Origin: Thermoplasmatota archaeon
GTDB taxonomy: Archaea > Thermoplasmatota > Penumbrarchaeia > Penumbrarchaeales > Penumbrarchaeaceae
Length of the DNA stretch: 51,914 nt
Direction: 5' to 3'
Assembly: GCA_029762535.1 (NCBI GenBank)
Contig: JARVGK010000022.1
Coordinates: 1-51,914 of the forward strand
The notes below the pieces were generated by a model that worked only from the letters and a program-made list of their open reading frames with translations, had not been told where the DNA came from and ran no database searches. Positions 36,219 through 47,083 of the stretch are shown one piece after another. Position 1 is the first letter of the stretch. Each line of letters opens with the position of its first letter. Made by a program: the position numbers and the translations under genes.

Positions 36219-39200
36219 ATGAAAAAACCAATAGAGGCGGGCCATTTTATGAAAGTTATCGCGTTATTTGCGGCATTGCTCATTTCCTTATCCATCTTTC
36301 CCTACATCGATGCACAGGAAGGGGAATGGGACCTTGAGCTCTTGTTCGAGATCCCTGTTCCGGATATAATGGATACGGATGCGGGGGCCCTTCTGTTATG
36401 CTCCGGATGGTCCCCTTCGGGAAGGATAGGATCACCTCTTCTTCCGGAGAGGACCTACCACATACCGCTCGGGCACAGGATGTCGGAGATGGTATCGTTC
36501 CAGCTGGTCGGTGGATACTCAATACCCGTAGACAGGCCGCTCATGCTCTCACCCCTTGCAGGTGGCGGGGATCTGGTGATCGATAGGTATGAGGAAACCA
36601 AAGCACCAGCAGTCCGCATGACGGGAATGATATCAGGTAAGAGCGGCTCTTACGCGGTCATAAGGTTGAGCCCTTATTCGTACACTGATGGTACTCTGGT
36701 TTTCCCGGAGGAAGTGATTGTACGTCTGAAAGTGGAACCTTCCATCGGAAGGAGGACCGTTCGTGTGACCGAGGATAATCCGATGGTCGACAGGAGAGAT
36801 GACTCGGATGCCCAACCCGTGTGGCAGGAAGCACCTCCCGCAGCTCAGGATACGATGCCCTCGACCTATTATCACAACACCACACCTCCAACGAAGCTTG
36901 TCATCATAACATCCTCCACGTACAACTCCACATTTAGGCCGCTCGCGAATTGGAAGACCGCAAAGGGGGTCTATACCAGGGTGGTCGAGACGAGCTGGAT
37001 TTACGGAAAATATTCGGGGACGGACAATCCGGAGAAGATAAGGAAATACCTTATCGACCTTTACAAGAACGAAGAGCTCGAATGGGTCATACTGGGTGGG
37101 GACAACGACGTGGTCCCGACCAGGCTAGCTTACGTTCCTGACGGTTACGACGATTCGGGTAGCGACGGGTCCTACGTGGCCACGGACGCTTACTATTCGG
37201 ACCTGAACGGGACGGGACACACGCCGTATGATTGGGACGGGGACAGCGACGGGCTGTTCGGCGAATACTCGGACGATAGTATCGACCTCTGGCCGGAGGT
37301 GTTCGTGGGCCGTCTTTCCGGGAACAGCGCGAGCGAGCTGTCCGCGATGGTCTCGAGCATAATCAAGTACGAGAAGGGCCCTGCGACCGGAAGCTGGTAC
37401 AATAGGTCGGTAATGGCGGGTGCATATTCGAACTACATACGCAGCTCGACCGTCAACGACACCACGGACGAGGCGGACCTTAAAGAAGCGATAAGGGCCG
37501 ACTTCATGTCATCTGGATACAAGACCTACACACTTTACGAGAAAGCGGGGATATGGCCTTCGCAGCAATCATGCGATGCGAACCTGACAACCAACAACGT
37601 GGTGAGCGCCATCGATCCTGGCGCCTTCATGGTCAACATGGCAGGGCACGGAAGTTCCACCGGGATATACAGAAGGATATGGAACTCGGACTCGAACGGC
37701 AACGGGCTTTGCGATTCAGGGGAATACTCGAGCACCGCATACTATTCCACATCGGCCTCGCAGAGCAACGGGGAGAAGAGACCTCTGTTCTACAACGACG
37801 CATGCAACAACGGGGAGTTCGACAGGGTGACGAACTGCCTGACCGAGGACATACTCAGAGATGTGGGGATCGGCGCTGTGGGGTCGTCCAGGGTGAGCTG
37901 GTACGCCGTCCACTGGACGAAGGGATCCGACGGCGGATACTACAATCAGGGCCATGATTACCGTTTCTGGGAGCAGTTCTTCGGCAGCGGGGATCAACAG
38001 CCGGGAAAGGCATTGTATCTTTCGAAGTACGATTACATAAACGACAAGGGCGCCCATAATAGATATGCCTGGAAGAACCTGCTTCAGTACAATCTCATGG
38101 GGGATCCAGAGATACCGATATGGACCAAGACCCCGGAAAATATGACAGTTACCCACACAGACCCCTTCCCGAGCCCCGGCACAATGAGGGTGACGGTAAA
38201 GGACGCCTCGAACCAACCCATCGAGGATGCCAGGGTCTGCATCATGAACGGGACGGTATTCTATTCCACCGCCATGACGAACTCCACAGGGACCGCTTCG
38301 TTCTCGCTTCCAGAACTGCTGATGGACCTCAACCTCACCGTTACGGCACTTAATTTAAAACCCTATCTTGGCAAGGTGTCCATAGGCGAGGACGACGATC
38401 CCCCAAGGATAGACTCGTTGGAATTCGAGGGCAACGATACCACCGCGGATCCGTATCGGATCTCGGCCTCCGTGTCGGATGCGGCGGGGATAGGATATGT
38501 AAACCTTCACTGGAACCGCTCGGTCTTAACACCAGCCACGTATCAAAACGTCACCATGCTCCCGGAAGGAGCGGGGGTCTACGTTCATGCGGGGAACAAC
38601 CCATCGGATTCAGTTCTCCCGCTGTGGTTCAGGTTGATAGCCAGCGATATCAGGGGGAACGTTAACATATCCTCCTGGAGGTCCGTGCAGATATACGATA
38701 ACGATGCGCCCATCATCCACGGCGACCTCTCGGACATAATAGCGACCACGGGGGACCCGTTCAATTTCTCGCTGGACGTGCATGACAATATAGGCATAGT
38801 TTCATCGAAGGTCAATTACAGCATCGGAGGTGCTTCCTTCATCAATTCTTCCCTTTCTGGATCCGGACCATATGTTCTTACGATAGATGTACCCTCGAAC
38901 GCCAGCGGAACGCTGTCGTATTCTTTTTACGTCGAGGATGCGATGGGGAACATGAACCATACAACGGACGTTTATATCCAGGTGATCGATGATGACCCTC
39001 CATACATGGTCGAGGACCTGACCGACGGGGTCCCGACTACAGGGGATGACTTCGTTCTTTCGATGAGGGCCGGGGACAACATAGGGGTGAACTCCGTTCA
39101 TGTGGAGTACAGGTTTGGAAATGCTACGCCCGTTAACTCGACCATGGCCCCATCCGGAGTGTCTTTCGGGATCGAGATCGATGTCGCCGAGGATGAGATC

Positions 39201-41189
39201 GAACCTCTGAGATACCGATACATGATAACCGACACCTCAGGGAACATCGCCTGGACGCACACGGTCGATCTGGGGGTGGAGGACGACGATCTCCCGCATG
39301 TCATCGATATGACATCCGGATATCCGACCACTGGGGATAATTTCACGATCAGATTCAGCGCTTCGGACAACATAGGCATAGCGTCGTGCCACGTGGATAT
39401 CATCCTCCCGGGCAAGACGTTGGACAGGATCGATGCCATGTCCGTCTCGGGCATTTTCGAGGCCCAGATATCCATACCCTCGGATGCGTGGGGTAATCTG
39501 AGCTACAGGCTTGTGGCTGTCGATACATCGGGGAACGCGGCGGAAAGCGGCATGAACGAAGTCACGATACTGGACGACGATCCTCCGGAGATGCTCTCTT
39601 TCGAGATCCCCTCTCAGGCGACCACGGGTGACGAATTCCTGATGGCGTTCGAGCTTGCGGACAACATCGCCATCGTGAACGCTTCGGTGGAATGGTCCAT
39701 CGGCAGCGTGAAGGGATCGGTGCTACTGAACGGCCCGACCAGGGCGGTATCTGGAAGATTCTCAGGCTCCATGACCGTCCCTGCATCCCTGACGGGCCTG
39801 ATGGGAGTGGTCCTGACCATCACTGATACTTCGGGTAACTCGAACACGTACGAGATGGACCCTATCCCAGTGCATGACAATGACCCGCCGGAACTCGTAT
39901 CCATCGATCATCCCCGGAATGCCACGACGGGGGATCCGTTCACAATAGAGGTTCAGATGATCGATAACATAGCGGTGATCGAAGTGAGCGCCGAGTTCCA
40001 CTGCCATCCGGGCAACGAGATCGTCAGGATGTACAGATCCGAAGGGATTTACCGGGCGACCTACGATGTCCCCATGAATGCCACTGGTCAGTTGATGATC
40101 GTCATAACGGCGATCGATAGCTCGGGCAACGCCCTTGCGGTTCCCGAGATCGACGTCTATATACTGGATGACGATGACCCCGTGATCGCATCGACGGGGG
40201 GCCTTGGGTCCATGGAATTGACCACGGGCGAGTCCTTCACCGCTTCGATCACGGCCGAGGACAACGTCGGGATCCATTCGGTCTCGCTCCTCATCGCATC
40301 GTTCGAGAGGTCATCGGAGTTCACATTGGCGGGATCCGGACCACTGTTCGAGATCGGGTTTTATGTATGGCCGGACATATCCGGCGAAGCTCTCATCACC
40401 ATCACTGCCAGGGACCTCTCCGGGAACGAGGCGACGCGGACAATCACGCTTCTCATAAGGGATAACGATCCGCCCTCCGTCTCCATCGACGCTCAGGACG
40501 GGGAGATCCTTCTATCGACCGGACATATCATAATGACAAGATCTCAGGATAACATTGGAGTAGAGGAAATGATCGTTCACGCGATCAAGGGTCAGAGTAA
40601 CATCACGCTCGATAAGAGCGCCGAAGGCTTCGCTTTCCTTCCGGATGATCACGGCCTATGGACGATCATAGCGATCGCAAGGGACGCAGCGGGTAACATC
40701 GGCAGCGTCAGGGCAGAGGTCAACGTGATCGATGACATCCCTCCAGAGGTCAGCATATCGCCGGTCCAGAAAGCAAAAGCGGGGGATCCGATCATACTCA
40801 AAGCCCAGGGAGAGGAAGGTGAGGTGACCTGGATCGTAAAGGATCCCAATGGAGAGGAGACGGCCCTCACTGGAGCAGTGGCGGAGTACATCCCCACGGT
40901 TGCGGGAACTCATTACATAAAGATGACCGTAAAGGACGCATCAGGCAACGCGGCAGAGGATGAACTGACTTTCGATGTCGAGAACGGGGCCTCCTCATCG
41001 AGCATCCTACCTCTTATCGTTGGTTCTCTCGTTCTTCTTGCGGTGTTGCTGCTTTTGATCGTCCTGGCATTTGTATTGATCGCAAGGAGAAGGAAGGCCG
41101 CAGGTCCAGGCGACGAGGATTTCGTAGTCCGGTCACATCAAGCGGGACATAAGAAATTGGAGATGGAGGAGGACGATCCCTGGGGTTGA
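36219..41189 (+). CDS. C25 (gingipain-like) cysteine peptidase with Ig-like repeats and C-terminal TM anchor
   Basis: Signal peptide, propeptide, WKTAKG, LGGD, TDAYY, VGRL, catalytic GHG and DAC, YNLMGDP; about 9 D(N/D)DPP..TTGD repeats; TM helix plus RRRK. Confidence 0.9.
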   Translation: MKKPIEAGHFMKVIALFAALLISLSIFPYIDAQEGEWDLELLFEIPVPDIMDTDAGALLLCSGWSPSGRIGSPLLPERTYHIPLGHRMSEMVSFQLVGGYSIPVDRPLMLSPLAGGGDLVIDRYEETKAPAVRMTGMISGKSGSYAVIRLSPYSYTDGTLVFPEEVIVRLKVEPSIGRRTVRVTEDNPMVDRRDDSDAQPVWQEAPPAAQDTMPSTYYHNTTPPTKLVIITSSTYNSTFRPLANWKTAKGVYTRVVETSWIYGKYSGTDNPEKIRKYLIDLYKNEELEWVILGGDNDVVPTRLAYVPDGYDDSGSDGSYVATDAYYSDLNGTGHTPYDWDGDSDGLFGEYSDDSIDLWPEVFVGRLSGNSASELSAMVSSIIKYEKGPATGSWYNRSVMAGAYSNYIRSSTVNDTTDEADLKEAIRADFMSSGYKTYTLYEKAGIWPSQQSCDANLTTNNVVSAIDPGAFMVNMAGHGSSTGIYRRIWNSDSNGNGLCDSGEYSSTAYYSTSASQSNGEKRPLFYNDACNNGEFDRVTNCLTEDILRDVGIGAVGSSRVSWYAVHWTKGSDGGYYNQGHDYRFWEQFFGSGDQQPGKALYLSKYDYINDKGAHNRYAWKNLLQYNLMGDPEIPIWTKTPENMTVTHTDPFPSPGTMRVTVKDASNQPIEDARVCIMNGTVFYSTAMTNSTGTASFSLPELLMDLNLTVTALNLKPYLGKVSIGEDDDPPRIDSLEFEGNDTTADPYRISASVSDAAGIGYVNLHWNRSVLTPATYQNVTMLPEGAGVYVHAGNNPSDSVLPLWFRLIASDIRGNVNISSWRSVQIYDNDAPIIHGDLSDIIATTGDPFNFSLDVHDNIGIVSSKVNYSIGGASFINSSLSGSGPYVLTIDVPSNASGTLSYSFYVEDAMGNMNHTTDVYIQVIDDDPPYMVEDLTDGVPTTGDDFVLSMRAGDNIGVNSVHVEYRFGNATPVNSTMAPSGVSFGIEIDVAEDEIEPLRYRYMITDTSGNIAWTHTVDLGVEDDDLPHVIDMTSGYPTTGDNFTIRFSASDNIGIASCHVDIILPGKTLDRIDAMSVSGIFEAQISIPSDAWGNLSYRLVAVDTSGNAAESGMNEVTILDDDPPEMLSFEIPSQATTGDEFLMAFELADNIAIVNASVEWSIGSVKGSVLLNGPTRAVSGRFSGSMTVPASLTGLMGVVLTITDTSGNSNTYEMDPIPVHDNDPPELVSIDHPRNATTGDPFTIEVQMIDNIAVIEVSAEFHCHPGNEIVRMYRSEGIYRATYDVPMNATGQLMIVITAIDSSGNALAVPEIDVYILDDDDPVIASTGGLGSMELTTGESFTASITAEDNVGIHSVSLLIASFERSSEFTLAGSGPLFEIGFYVWPDISGEALITITARDLSGNEATRTITLLIRDNDPPSVSIDAQDGEILLSTGHIIMTRSQDNIGVEEMIVHAIKGQSNITLDKSAEGFAFLPDDHGLWTIIAIARDAAGNIGSVRAEVNVIDDIPPEVSISPVQKAKAGDPIILKAQGEEGEVTWIVKDPNGEETALTGAVAEYIPTVAGTHYIKMTVKDASGNAAEDELTFDVENGASSSSILPLIVGSLVLLAVLLLLIVLAFVLIARRRKAAGPGDEDFVVRSHQAGHKKLEMEEDDPWG

Positions 41190-41239
41190 ATTAAGGCCTC
41201 ATGGATAAATACCATATGAACCATAGCTAACTGAGATCG

Positions 41240-42877
41240 ATGCCTCCTGTCCGAAAAAGAGCGCTCATTTTCGCCCTGACCCTTATTACAGGGTTTTCGC
41301 TCATTATATCGGGATCTCTCTGGAATCCAGGAATATCATCGAGGATAATAGAACATGGATCGTCAGGTCAAACCGAAATGCCCTTGGGCCAGGGAACGAT
41401 AATGGCCGGGACCGGAACGCTGATGGCCTATTCTTGGTCCGGTATGGCGACGGGGCAATATATCGAGCCCATGGACATGGTATACGATGATATGCTTCCT
41501 GTTCAGTTGGCGGCTGCGATCGACGATAAAGGCCTCATGATGGGCGATACGCCCACACTCGTAATGGACATGGACCTCGAGGAGGAGATGGGCAGGAGCG
41601 GAATAAGCCCCGGTCGAGCGACGAAAGGGCCTATAAAGATATGGAGCCGGATTCTGAACAAGACCCTTGATGCCGAGCCAGTCTTGGAGAGGAAGATCTC
41701 TGGAAGGAGTGCCCGCGTCTATGCTTTGAACGTGGTTGACGAGAGCATTGAAAATGACGCGCTATCGGGGATCGGAGGCATTCCGAGATCCATCCCGCTC
41801 TCAATGAAGATAGATATGCTATACTCGGATAGGACACAATACGTCCTGGATGATAGGACGTCGATCCCGCTGGATATCAAGCTGGACATCGAAGCGGACA
41901 TAACATTTCCTGATACAAGGGTGCTTCCCGTATTCGAACATCAGATAAGCTATGCCAAGCAGAGCGTGACGATGTTGGACCAGGACGATCCCGGGTCGCA
42001 GACCACTGAGGAACATATCGTTCAGAGGCATCTCACAGGCATCATGGACTCGGATGACGAGAGGGCGGCCCTTTTCCACGAGTGGATGGTAACGATCGAC
42101 AATAAGACCGGAGAAGTGGTGGATGCCGATGATGGGGAGAGATATGCGGTCGATATCCATACTCACATGTATCTCACGGGATACAAGGGGACCGCGAGAT
42201 CGGGGCTGCACCAATTCCCTACTGGGAACGTGATGGAGAGGGATTACGAGATGTGGGACCCGATCTCATCCAGGAAGAACATAGCACGATACATATCAAG
42301 GGAAGGGAACGGGACGGACGCGCCGATGATATTCAGGATGGGATCCTCGGATGTCCCCGTGGATCCAGAATCGCTTATGATATCCAGGATAGGTGTGGGC
42401 GGTTACTATATGGACTCGGTCCAGACCTGGAAGGTCTCTTCAATATCCGGCACCATGCTGGATTATGTCATAGAGGGCAGGGTTAGGCTGAGGTCCACAG
42501 GCCCTCTGGGGGCCGTGGACAGGGTCGTGGCCCAATTCAACGTGACGTTCGCGGACAATACGACGGCGGAGCTTCGATCGGTGGAGAGGCTTTACGATAG
42601 GTTTCTATTACCCATATCGGGGAGCAGGCTCGTTGCGTTCAGCCTGGAAGCCTCGTTCACCGAAGAGATGAGGGTGGAAATGGCCGATCTCTCGAAGAAG
42701 GCAGGAACATACATGGACCTGGCCGAAGTATGGTCACCTGCGGCCTTGATCATATCGGGAGCGGCGCTCATGGTCCTGATAGGACCTGTCTTCTTGATAG
42801 GTTACTCAAGGCGGCGCGCTTCAAGGGAACTCGGACGCGATCGAGATCGGCGTGATAGCAACCAAGGGCCCCCATGA
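41240..42877 (+). CDS. Membrane-anchored DUF3068 (PorA-family)-like protein
   Basis: N- and C-terminal TM helices; YAVD..T and QFPTGNV.ERDYEMWD motifs resemble DUF3068. Confidence 0.5.
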   Translation: MPPVRKRALIFALTLITGFSLIISGSLWNPGISSRIIEHGSSGQTEMPLGQGTIMAGTGTLMAYSWSGMATGQYIEPMDMVYDDMLPVQLAAAIDDKGLMMGDTPTLVMDMDLEEEMGRSGISPGRATKGPIKIWSRILNKTLDAEPVLERKISGRSARVYALNVVDESIENDALSGIGGIPRSIPLSMKIDMLYSDRTQYVLDDRTSIPLDIKLDIEADITFPDTRVLPVFEHQISYAKQSVTMLDQDDPGSQTTEEHIVQRHLTGIMDSDDERAALFHEWMVTIDNKTGEVVDADDGERYAVDIHTHMYLTGYKGTARSGLHQFPTGNVMERDYEMWDPISSRKNIARYISREGNGTDAPMIFRMGSSDVPVDPESLMISRIGVGGYYMDSVQTWKVSSISGTMLDYVIEGRVRLRSTGPLGAVDRVVAQFNVTFADNTTAELRSVERLYDRFLLPISGSRLVAFSLEASFTEEMRVEMADLSKKAGTYMDLAEVWSPAALIISGAALMVLIGPVFLIGYSRRRASRELGRDRDRRDSNQGPP

Positions 42878-43625
42878 ACCTCGAATCCTTTGGAACCATG
42901 ACCTCCGCATTCGAATGCTCACTTATAGTACCCGATATCCCTGGCAGTAATGACGCGCCTCCGGTCAGCACTATCGCGTCGTCGGGATAGGCTCTGAGAT
43001 GTGGTCTCAGCCTCTCGAAGACGGAATAGATAACGCCCGATGCCAGTTCTTCCCTGGAGACGCCTTCGACCATAAGGGAGATGAGCTCCGTCTCGGTGAA
43101 GACCGAGCAGGTGGATTCAAGGACCTTCCTTCTTCCTTTGTGCGATCCTAACTCCATAACGGTCATTCCGAGCATGCCGGCCATCTTCTCGAGGAACCTG
43201 CCCGTTCCAGCTGCGCATTTGTCGTTCATCGAGAAATCGACGATCCCTCTGTCCTTCACCCTGATGACCTTGAAGTCCTGCCCTCCGATGTCTATCAAAG
43301 TGAAAGTGTCGATGTCCAAGGAAGAAAGGACGCCTACGACATGGGCCCTGATCTCGTTTATTGAGGTGGCTCCCTTGATCATGCCCCTGCCGTAACCTGT
43401 GGTAACACATCGAAAGCCATCTGTAAGGGGGGGGGTCCCGGAACATATCATGGTCTCGGTATCGGTTATCCACAATACATGTTCGCCATCGACAAGGCCC
43501 GCCGCCTTTATGGAACGGGAGCCAAGGTCCATTCCGATCCGGCCCTCGCATTCGCTCAGGAATTCCTCCAGGCGAGCGGATCGCTCCACAGGATACGGTC
43601 TCCATACAACCCTCTCAGCCTTCAT
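42768..43625 (-). CDS. 2-hydroxyacyl-CoA dehydratase activase (HgdC/BadF-type ASKHA ATPase)
   Basis: GMDLGS, TTGYGR, DIGGQD, MNDKCAAGTGRFLE, STCSVF.E.E, TGG, GALG. Confidence 0.9.
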   Translation of the reverse strand: MKAERVVWRPYPVERSARLEEFLSECEGRIGMDLGSRSIKAAGLVDGEHVLWITDTETMICSGTPPLTDGFRCVTTGYGRGMIKGATSINEIRAHVVGVLSSLDIDTFTLIDIGGQDFKVIRVKDRGIVDFSMNDKCAAGTGRFLEKMAGMLGMTVMELGSHKGRRKVLESTCSVFTETELISLMVEGVSREELASGVIYSVFERLRPHLRAYPDDAIVLTGGASLLPGISGTISEHSNAEVMVPKDSRFMGALGCYHADLDRVRVPLKRAALSNLSRRQVLSGP

Positions 43626-44998
43626 CGGCAGGATCCCTCGCTTTCCTTCTCGATGGAGTCGATGGCGTTCAGGAGCCCTTCAGTGACGGATCGGAGCAGT
43701 GCCCGATCCCCCTTTGTTTCCACGTTCAAACGTATCAGGGGCTCGGTGTTCGATGATCTGAGATTGAACCTGAACCTTTCATGCTCTATGGATATCCCGT
43801 CCGTCCTATCGATGGACAATGCACCGGGGGCATATTCTCTCTCAATGGCCTCAATGGTCTGCCTGGGATCCATCGCTTTCCTGTTGATCTCCCCTGAGAC
43901 CGGGTACCTGTTCTCCATATCGCGAACAAGGCTGGAGAGCCCCTTTTCCGATCCTGATATGAGTTGAAGCACAAGCATAAGAGGCACCATCCCGGTATCG
44001 CAGTAGTAGAAGTCCCTGAAATAATGATGTGCGGACATCTCACCTCCGTATGCGGCGTCCTCCTTTCTCATCCTATCCTTGATGAAGGCGTGCCCGGTCC
44101 TGTTCATCATCGGGACGCCGCCCATGGACCTTACTATCTCGACCGTGTTCCACACCAGCCTCGGGTCATGGACTATCTTTGCTCCCTTCTCCCTTTCAAG
44201 AACGGTCTTCGCCAGCATTCCTACGATGTAATAACCCTCGATGAAACGCCCATTCTCATCGAAGAGGAAGCATCTGTCGAAGTCCCCATCCCAGGCCGCG
44301 CCGGCATCGGCGCCGGAGCTTATCACGGCTTGCGAGATCTCCCGGCGCATCTCGGGAAGGATAGGATTGGGTACGCCGGCGGGAAAGGACCCGTCGGGAT
44401 CGTGATGGATCCTTACGAGTTCGATACCCAACCTGGAAGCTATTTTGTCGATGAAAGGTCCCGCGCATCCGTGGCCCGGATCGGTGGCCAACTTCATACC
44501 ACCAAGCCTATCAGGGTCTTCCAGGAACGATACTACCTTGTCGATGTAAGGTTCCACCACATCCGCGCTCATGAGGCCGCCGCCTCGGCCCGCCCGGGGG
44601 ATGTCCTTATCCTGTAGGGACATGTCCCGGATATCGTTGAGTCCGTTCAAACCATGTATCGGGATGGATCCCTTTCCGACGAACTTCATACCGTTGTAGT
44701 CTCGTGGGTTGTGGGAAGCAGTTATCATTATACCTCCACCTGCGCCGAGATGAGAGGTGGCGAAATAGACCACCTCCGTTCCGCACATGCCAATGTCAAT
44801 TACGTTGGAGCCTCCGTCCATCAACCCGTCCGAGAGCGCTTTGAACAGGTCCCGGGATGATTCCCTCACGTCCATTCCCAAAACGACGCTCTCCGGTTCG
44901 AAGAGGTGGGAGAAGGACATGCCGATCCTATATGCCAATGGCTCGTTCAGGTCCTCACCCACCCTGCCTCTCACGTCGTATGCGAGGAAAGGGTCCAT
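43622..44998 (-). CDS. manB: Phosphomannomutase/phosphoglucomutase (CpsG/ManB type)
   Basis: AYDVRG, TASHNP, DGDFDR, GGEMSAH, RSSNTEP. Confidence 0.93.
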   Translation of the reverse strand: MDPFLAYDVRGRVGEDLNEPLAYRIGMSFSHLFEPESVVLGMDVRESSRDLFKALSDGLMDGGSNVIDIGMCGTEVVYFATSHLGAGGGIMITASHNPRDYNGMKFVGKGSIPIHGLNGLNDIRDMSLQDKDIPRAGRGGGLMSADVVEPYIDKVVSFLEDPDRLGGMKLATDPGHGCAGPFIDKIASRLGIELVRIHHDPDGSFPAGVPNPILPEMRREISQAVISSGADAGAAWDGDFDRCFLFDENGRFIEGYYIVGMLAKTVLEREKGAKIVHDPRLVWNTVEIVRSMGGVPMMNRTGHAFIKDRMRKEDAAYGGEMSAHHYFRDFYYCDTGMVPLMLVLQLISGSEKGLSSLVRDMENRYPVSGEINRKAMDPRQTIEAIEREYAPGALSIDRTDGISIEHERFRFNLRSSNTEPLIRLNVETKGDRALLRSVTEGLLNAIDSIEKESEGSCR

Positions 44999-45002
44999 GA
45001 TA

Positions 45003-45971
45003 TCATGCTCTCCCGGATGCTTTGGCCGGGTCGGGCCTTGGCCGTCTGAGTATCGGAACCCGGTTCAGTATCCTGTCCACCACGAGAGAGGGCGATAATC
45101 CGTCAAGCTCCGAGTCGAGGTTCAGCATTATTCGGTGTGGAAGTACCTTCCTGCTCATGGACTTGACATCGTCCGGTATCACATGGGACCTTCCGGAAAG
45201 CATCGCCTTCGCCTTGGAAGCGTAGAGGAGAAGCTCACCAGCCCTGGGGCTTGCGCCGAGCATGACGTTCTCCTCTTTTCTCGATTCAACGATGATGTCC
45301 CTGATGTAGGTGAGTATGTTTTCATCCGCATGGCAGGTCCTGACCTCCTTATTAAGCAATTGGTAAAGACCCTTTATTGGTTCCATACCGGACCTGTCCT
45401 TCCATTTGTCGTTCTTCCGTGCGAGCATGTCAAGCTCCATGTTTTGGGGAAGATAGTCCATCTTCGATTTTATCATGAAGCGGTCAAGCTGCGCCTCGGG
45501 GAGGTTGTATACCCCCTCATGCTCGATGGGGTTGATGGTAGCGATCACCATGAACGGCTCATCTAGTTCGTACGTGGTCCCCTCGACCGTGACCTGCCTC
45601 TCCTCCATGGCCTCGAGCAGGGCAGATTGTGTCTTGGAGGGGGCCCTGTTTATCTCATCGGCAAGGACGATGTTCGCGTGTATCGGACCCTTTCGAAACT
45701 GGAACTCCTGCTGCTTCTGATTGTAGAAGTAATGTCCGGTAATGTCCGATGGAAGAAGGTCCTGGGTGAACTGTATCCTCTTGAAGCTGAGCCCGATCCC
45801 ATCCGAAAAGGTCTTGGCAAGCGTGGTCTTGGCCACGCCTGGAACCCCCTCGAGGAGAAGATGTCCTCCCGAGCTAAGACAGATGAGCATATCCTCTATG
45901 ACCTCGTCGTATCCTACTATATTGCCGTGCATGTTCCTCATGAGATGTCCGTACATCTCGTACGCTTTCAT
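45003..45971 (-). CDS. MoxR family AAA+ ATPase
   Basis: LEGVPGVAKT, RIQFTQDLLPSD, DEINRA, LPEAQLDRF, GASPR. Start at 45971 forms an ATGA overlap with the upstream stop. Confidence 0.95.
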   Translation of the reverse strand: MKAYEMYGHLMRNMHGNIVGYDEVIEDMLICLSSGGHLLLEGVPGVAKTTLAKTFSDGIGLSFKRIQFTQDLLPSDITGHYFYNQKQQEFQFRKGPIHANIVLADEINRAPSKTQSALLEAMEERQVTVEGTTYELDEPFMVIATINPIEHEGVYNLPEAQLDRFMIKSKMDYLPQNMELDMLARKNDKWKDRSGMEPIKGLYQLLNKEVRTCHADENILTYIRDIIVESRKEENVMLGASPRAGELLLYASKAKAMLSGRSHVIPDDVKSMSRKVLPHRIMLNLDSELDGLSPSLVVDRILNRVPILRRPRPDPAKASGRA

Positions 45972-47083
45972 CCTTCCACCTCCGACATTCCAGCGAGCTT
46001 GTAGAGCGTGTCCCTGTTCCAATCCGGGTGTCGCGTCATGATCCCATCGATCATCATATCCATGTCTTTGAAATGGGGGTCATCCTCTTTGGTCCAGGAG
46101 TCGACAATGGTCCTGATCCTTCTCATCGACCATCGAAGTATATCCGTTTGTACCAGAAGGAAGGCCAGTATAATAACGAGTAGTACGCCGATCTTCTCGG
46201 TGCCTCCGATGGATCCGGTCAGGCTACCGATCACCCTTACGGTATCCGCGGAGTCCCTGTGTGATTCGTCGATAACGACGGTGCTACGGTTATCCGTAAT
46301 GTAGGATATGATGTTCTGGACGAGCAGAGCGTTGTCCATCCTGGTTATCATGTTGTTTATCATTATGCTAGGATCGGACAGGAGGATAAGCTCTCCCTTT
46401 CCGTAACCTTCGATGGTGAGAAGGCTGAAAGGTCCCTGGAACTCGTCCTCGTCGTTAAACAGGTTCCCATTGCTGTCGATCCATGATGATGAGCTTGAAC
46501 CCATGAGCTGCCTCGAATATGGCGAGGGGATGACTATCGAAGGGTGGTTGAGCAGAACGGATGTTATGCCTGAGGTTATCGAGTGGTCGCTCATTTCCGA
46601 TGCAACTGCGAACTCGGCCCTCTTCATGAATGAGAGGTCGACCATCATGCCGGATGAGAACCTCGACGTGGTATTCAGCATTCCCAGCAGCTGATTACCT
46701 GTTCCGATGTCATCAGCTAGAAGAACCTTGCCTCCGGATGAAAGAAGGTCGTGAACGAACCTGCCCTCCTCTTTGGAGAAGTCCGATGATGGTCCAATGA
46801 TGATAAGGGAACTGTCCTCGGGGTTCAAGACGTTCCGGAGATCGGAGAGAGGCTCGTGCATTACCCTCTGCCTGCTGGAGGAACCTATGTCGATCGTTGG
46901 TAGAAGGGATCCTGTTGAATACACCTCCTTTGCCAGGGATGAGCAGCCGTCCCATCCGGTGTTGTAAATGGAGAAATCCGCGTTCGAGGAGATCAGAGGG
47001 ACCGTGACGGATATCGCAAGGAGCAACAGTGCCGCTCCGATGACGATGAGGTACTTGTATGCGGTCTTCATCTCCTCGATCAT
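45968..47083 (-). CDS. DUF4350 domain protein
   Basis: FSIYNTGWDGCS, GGKVLLADD, G.G.LILLSDPS..IN.M, DESH; lies directly upstream of MoxR. Confidence 0.8.
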   Translation of the reverse strand: MIEEMKTAYKYLIVIGAALLLLAISVTVPLISSNADFSIYNTGWDGCSSLAKEVYSTGSLLPTIDIGSSSRQRVMHEPLSDLRNVLNPEDSSLIIIGPSSDFSKEEGRFVHDLLSSGGKVLLADDIGTGNQLLGMLNTTSRFSSGMMVDLSFMKRAEFAVASEMSDHSITSGITSVLLNHPSIVIPSPYSRQLMGSSSSSWIDSNGNLFNDEDEFQGPFSLLTIEGYGKGELILLSDPSIMINNMITRMDNALLVQNIISYITDNRSTVVIDESHRDSADTVRVIGSLTGSIGGTEKIGVLLVIILAFLLVQTDILRWSMRRIRTIVDSWTKEDDPHFKDMDMMIDGIMTRHPDWNRDTLYKLAGMSEVEG

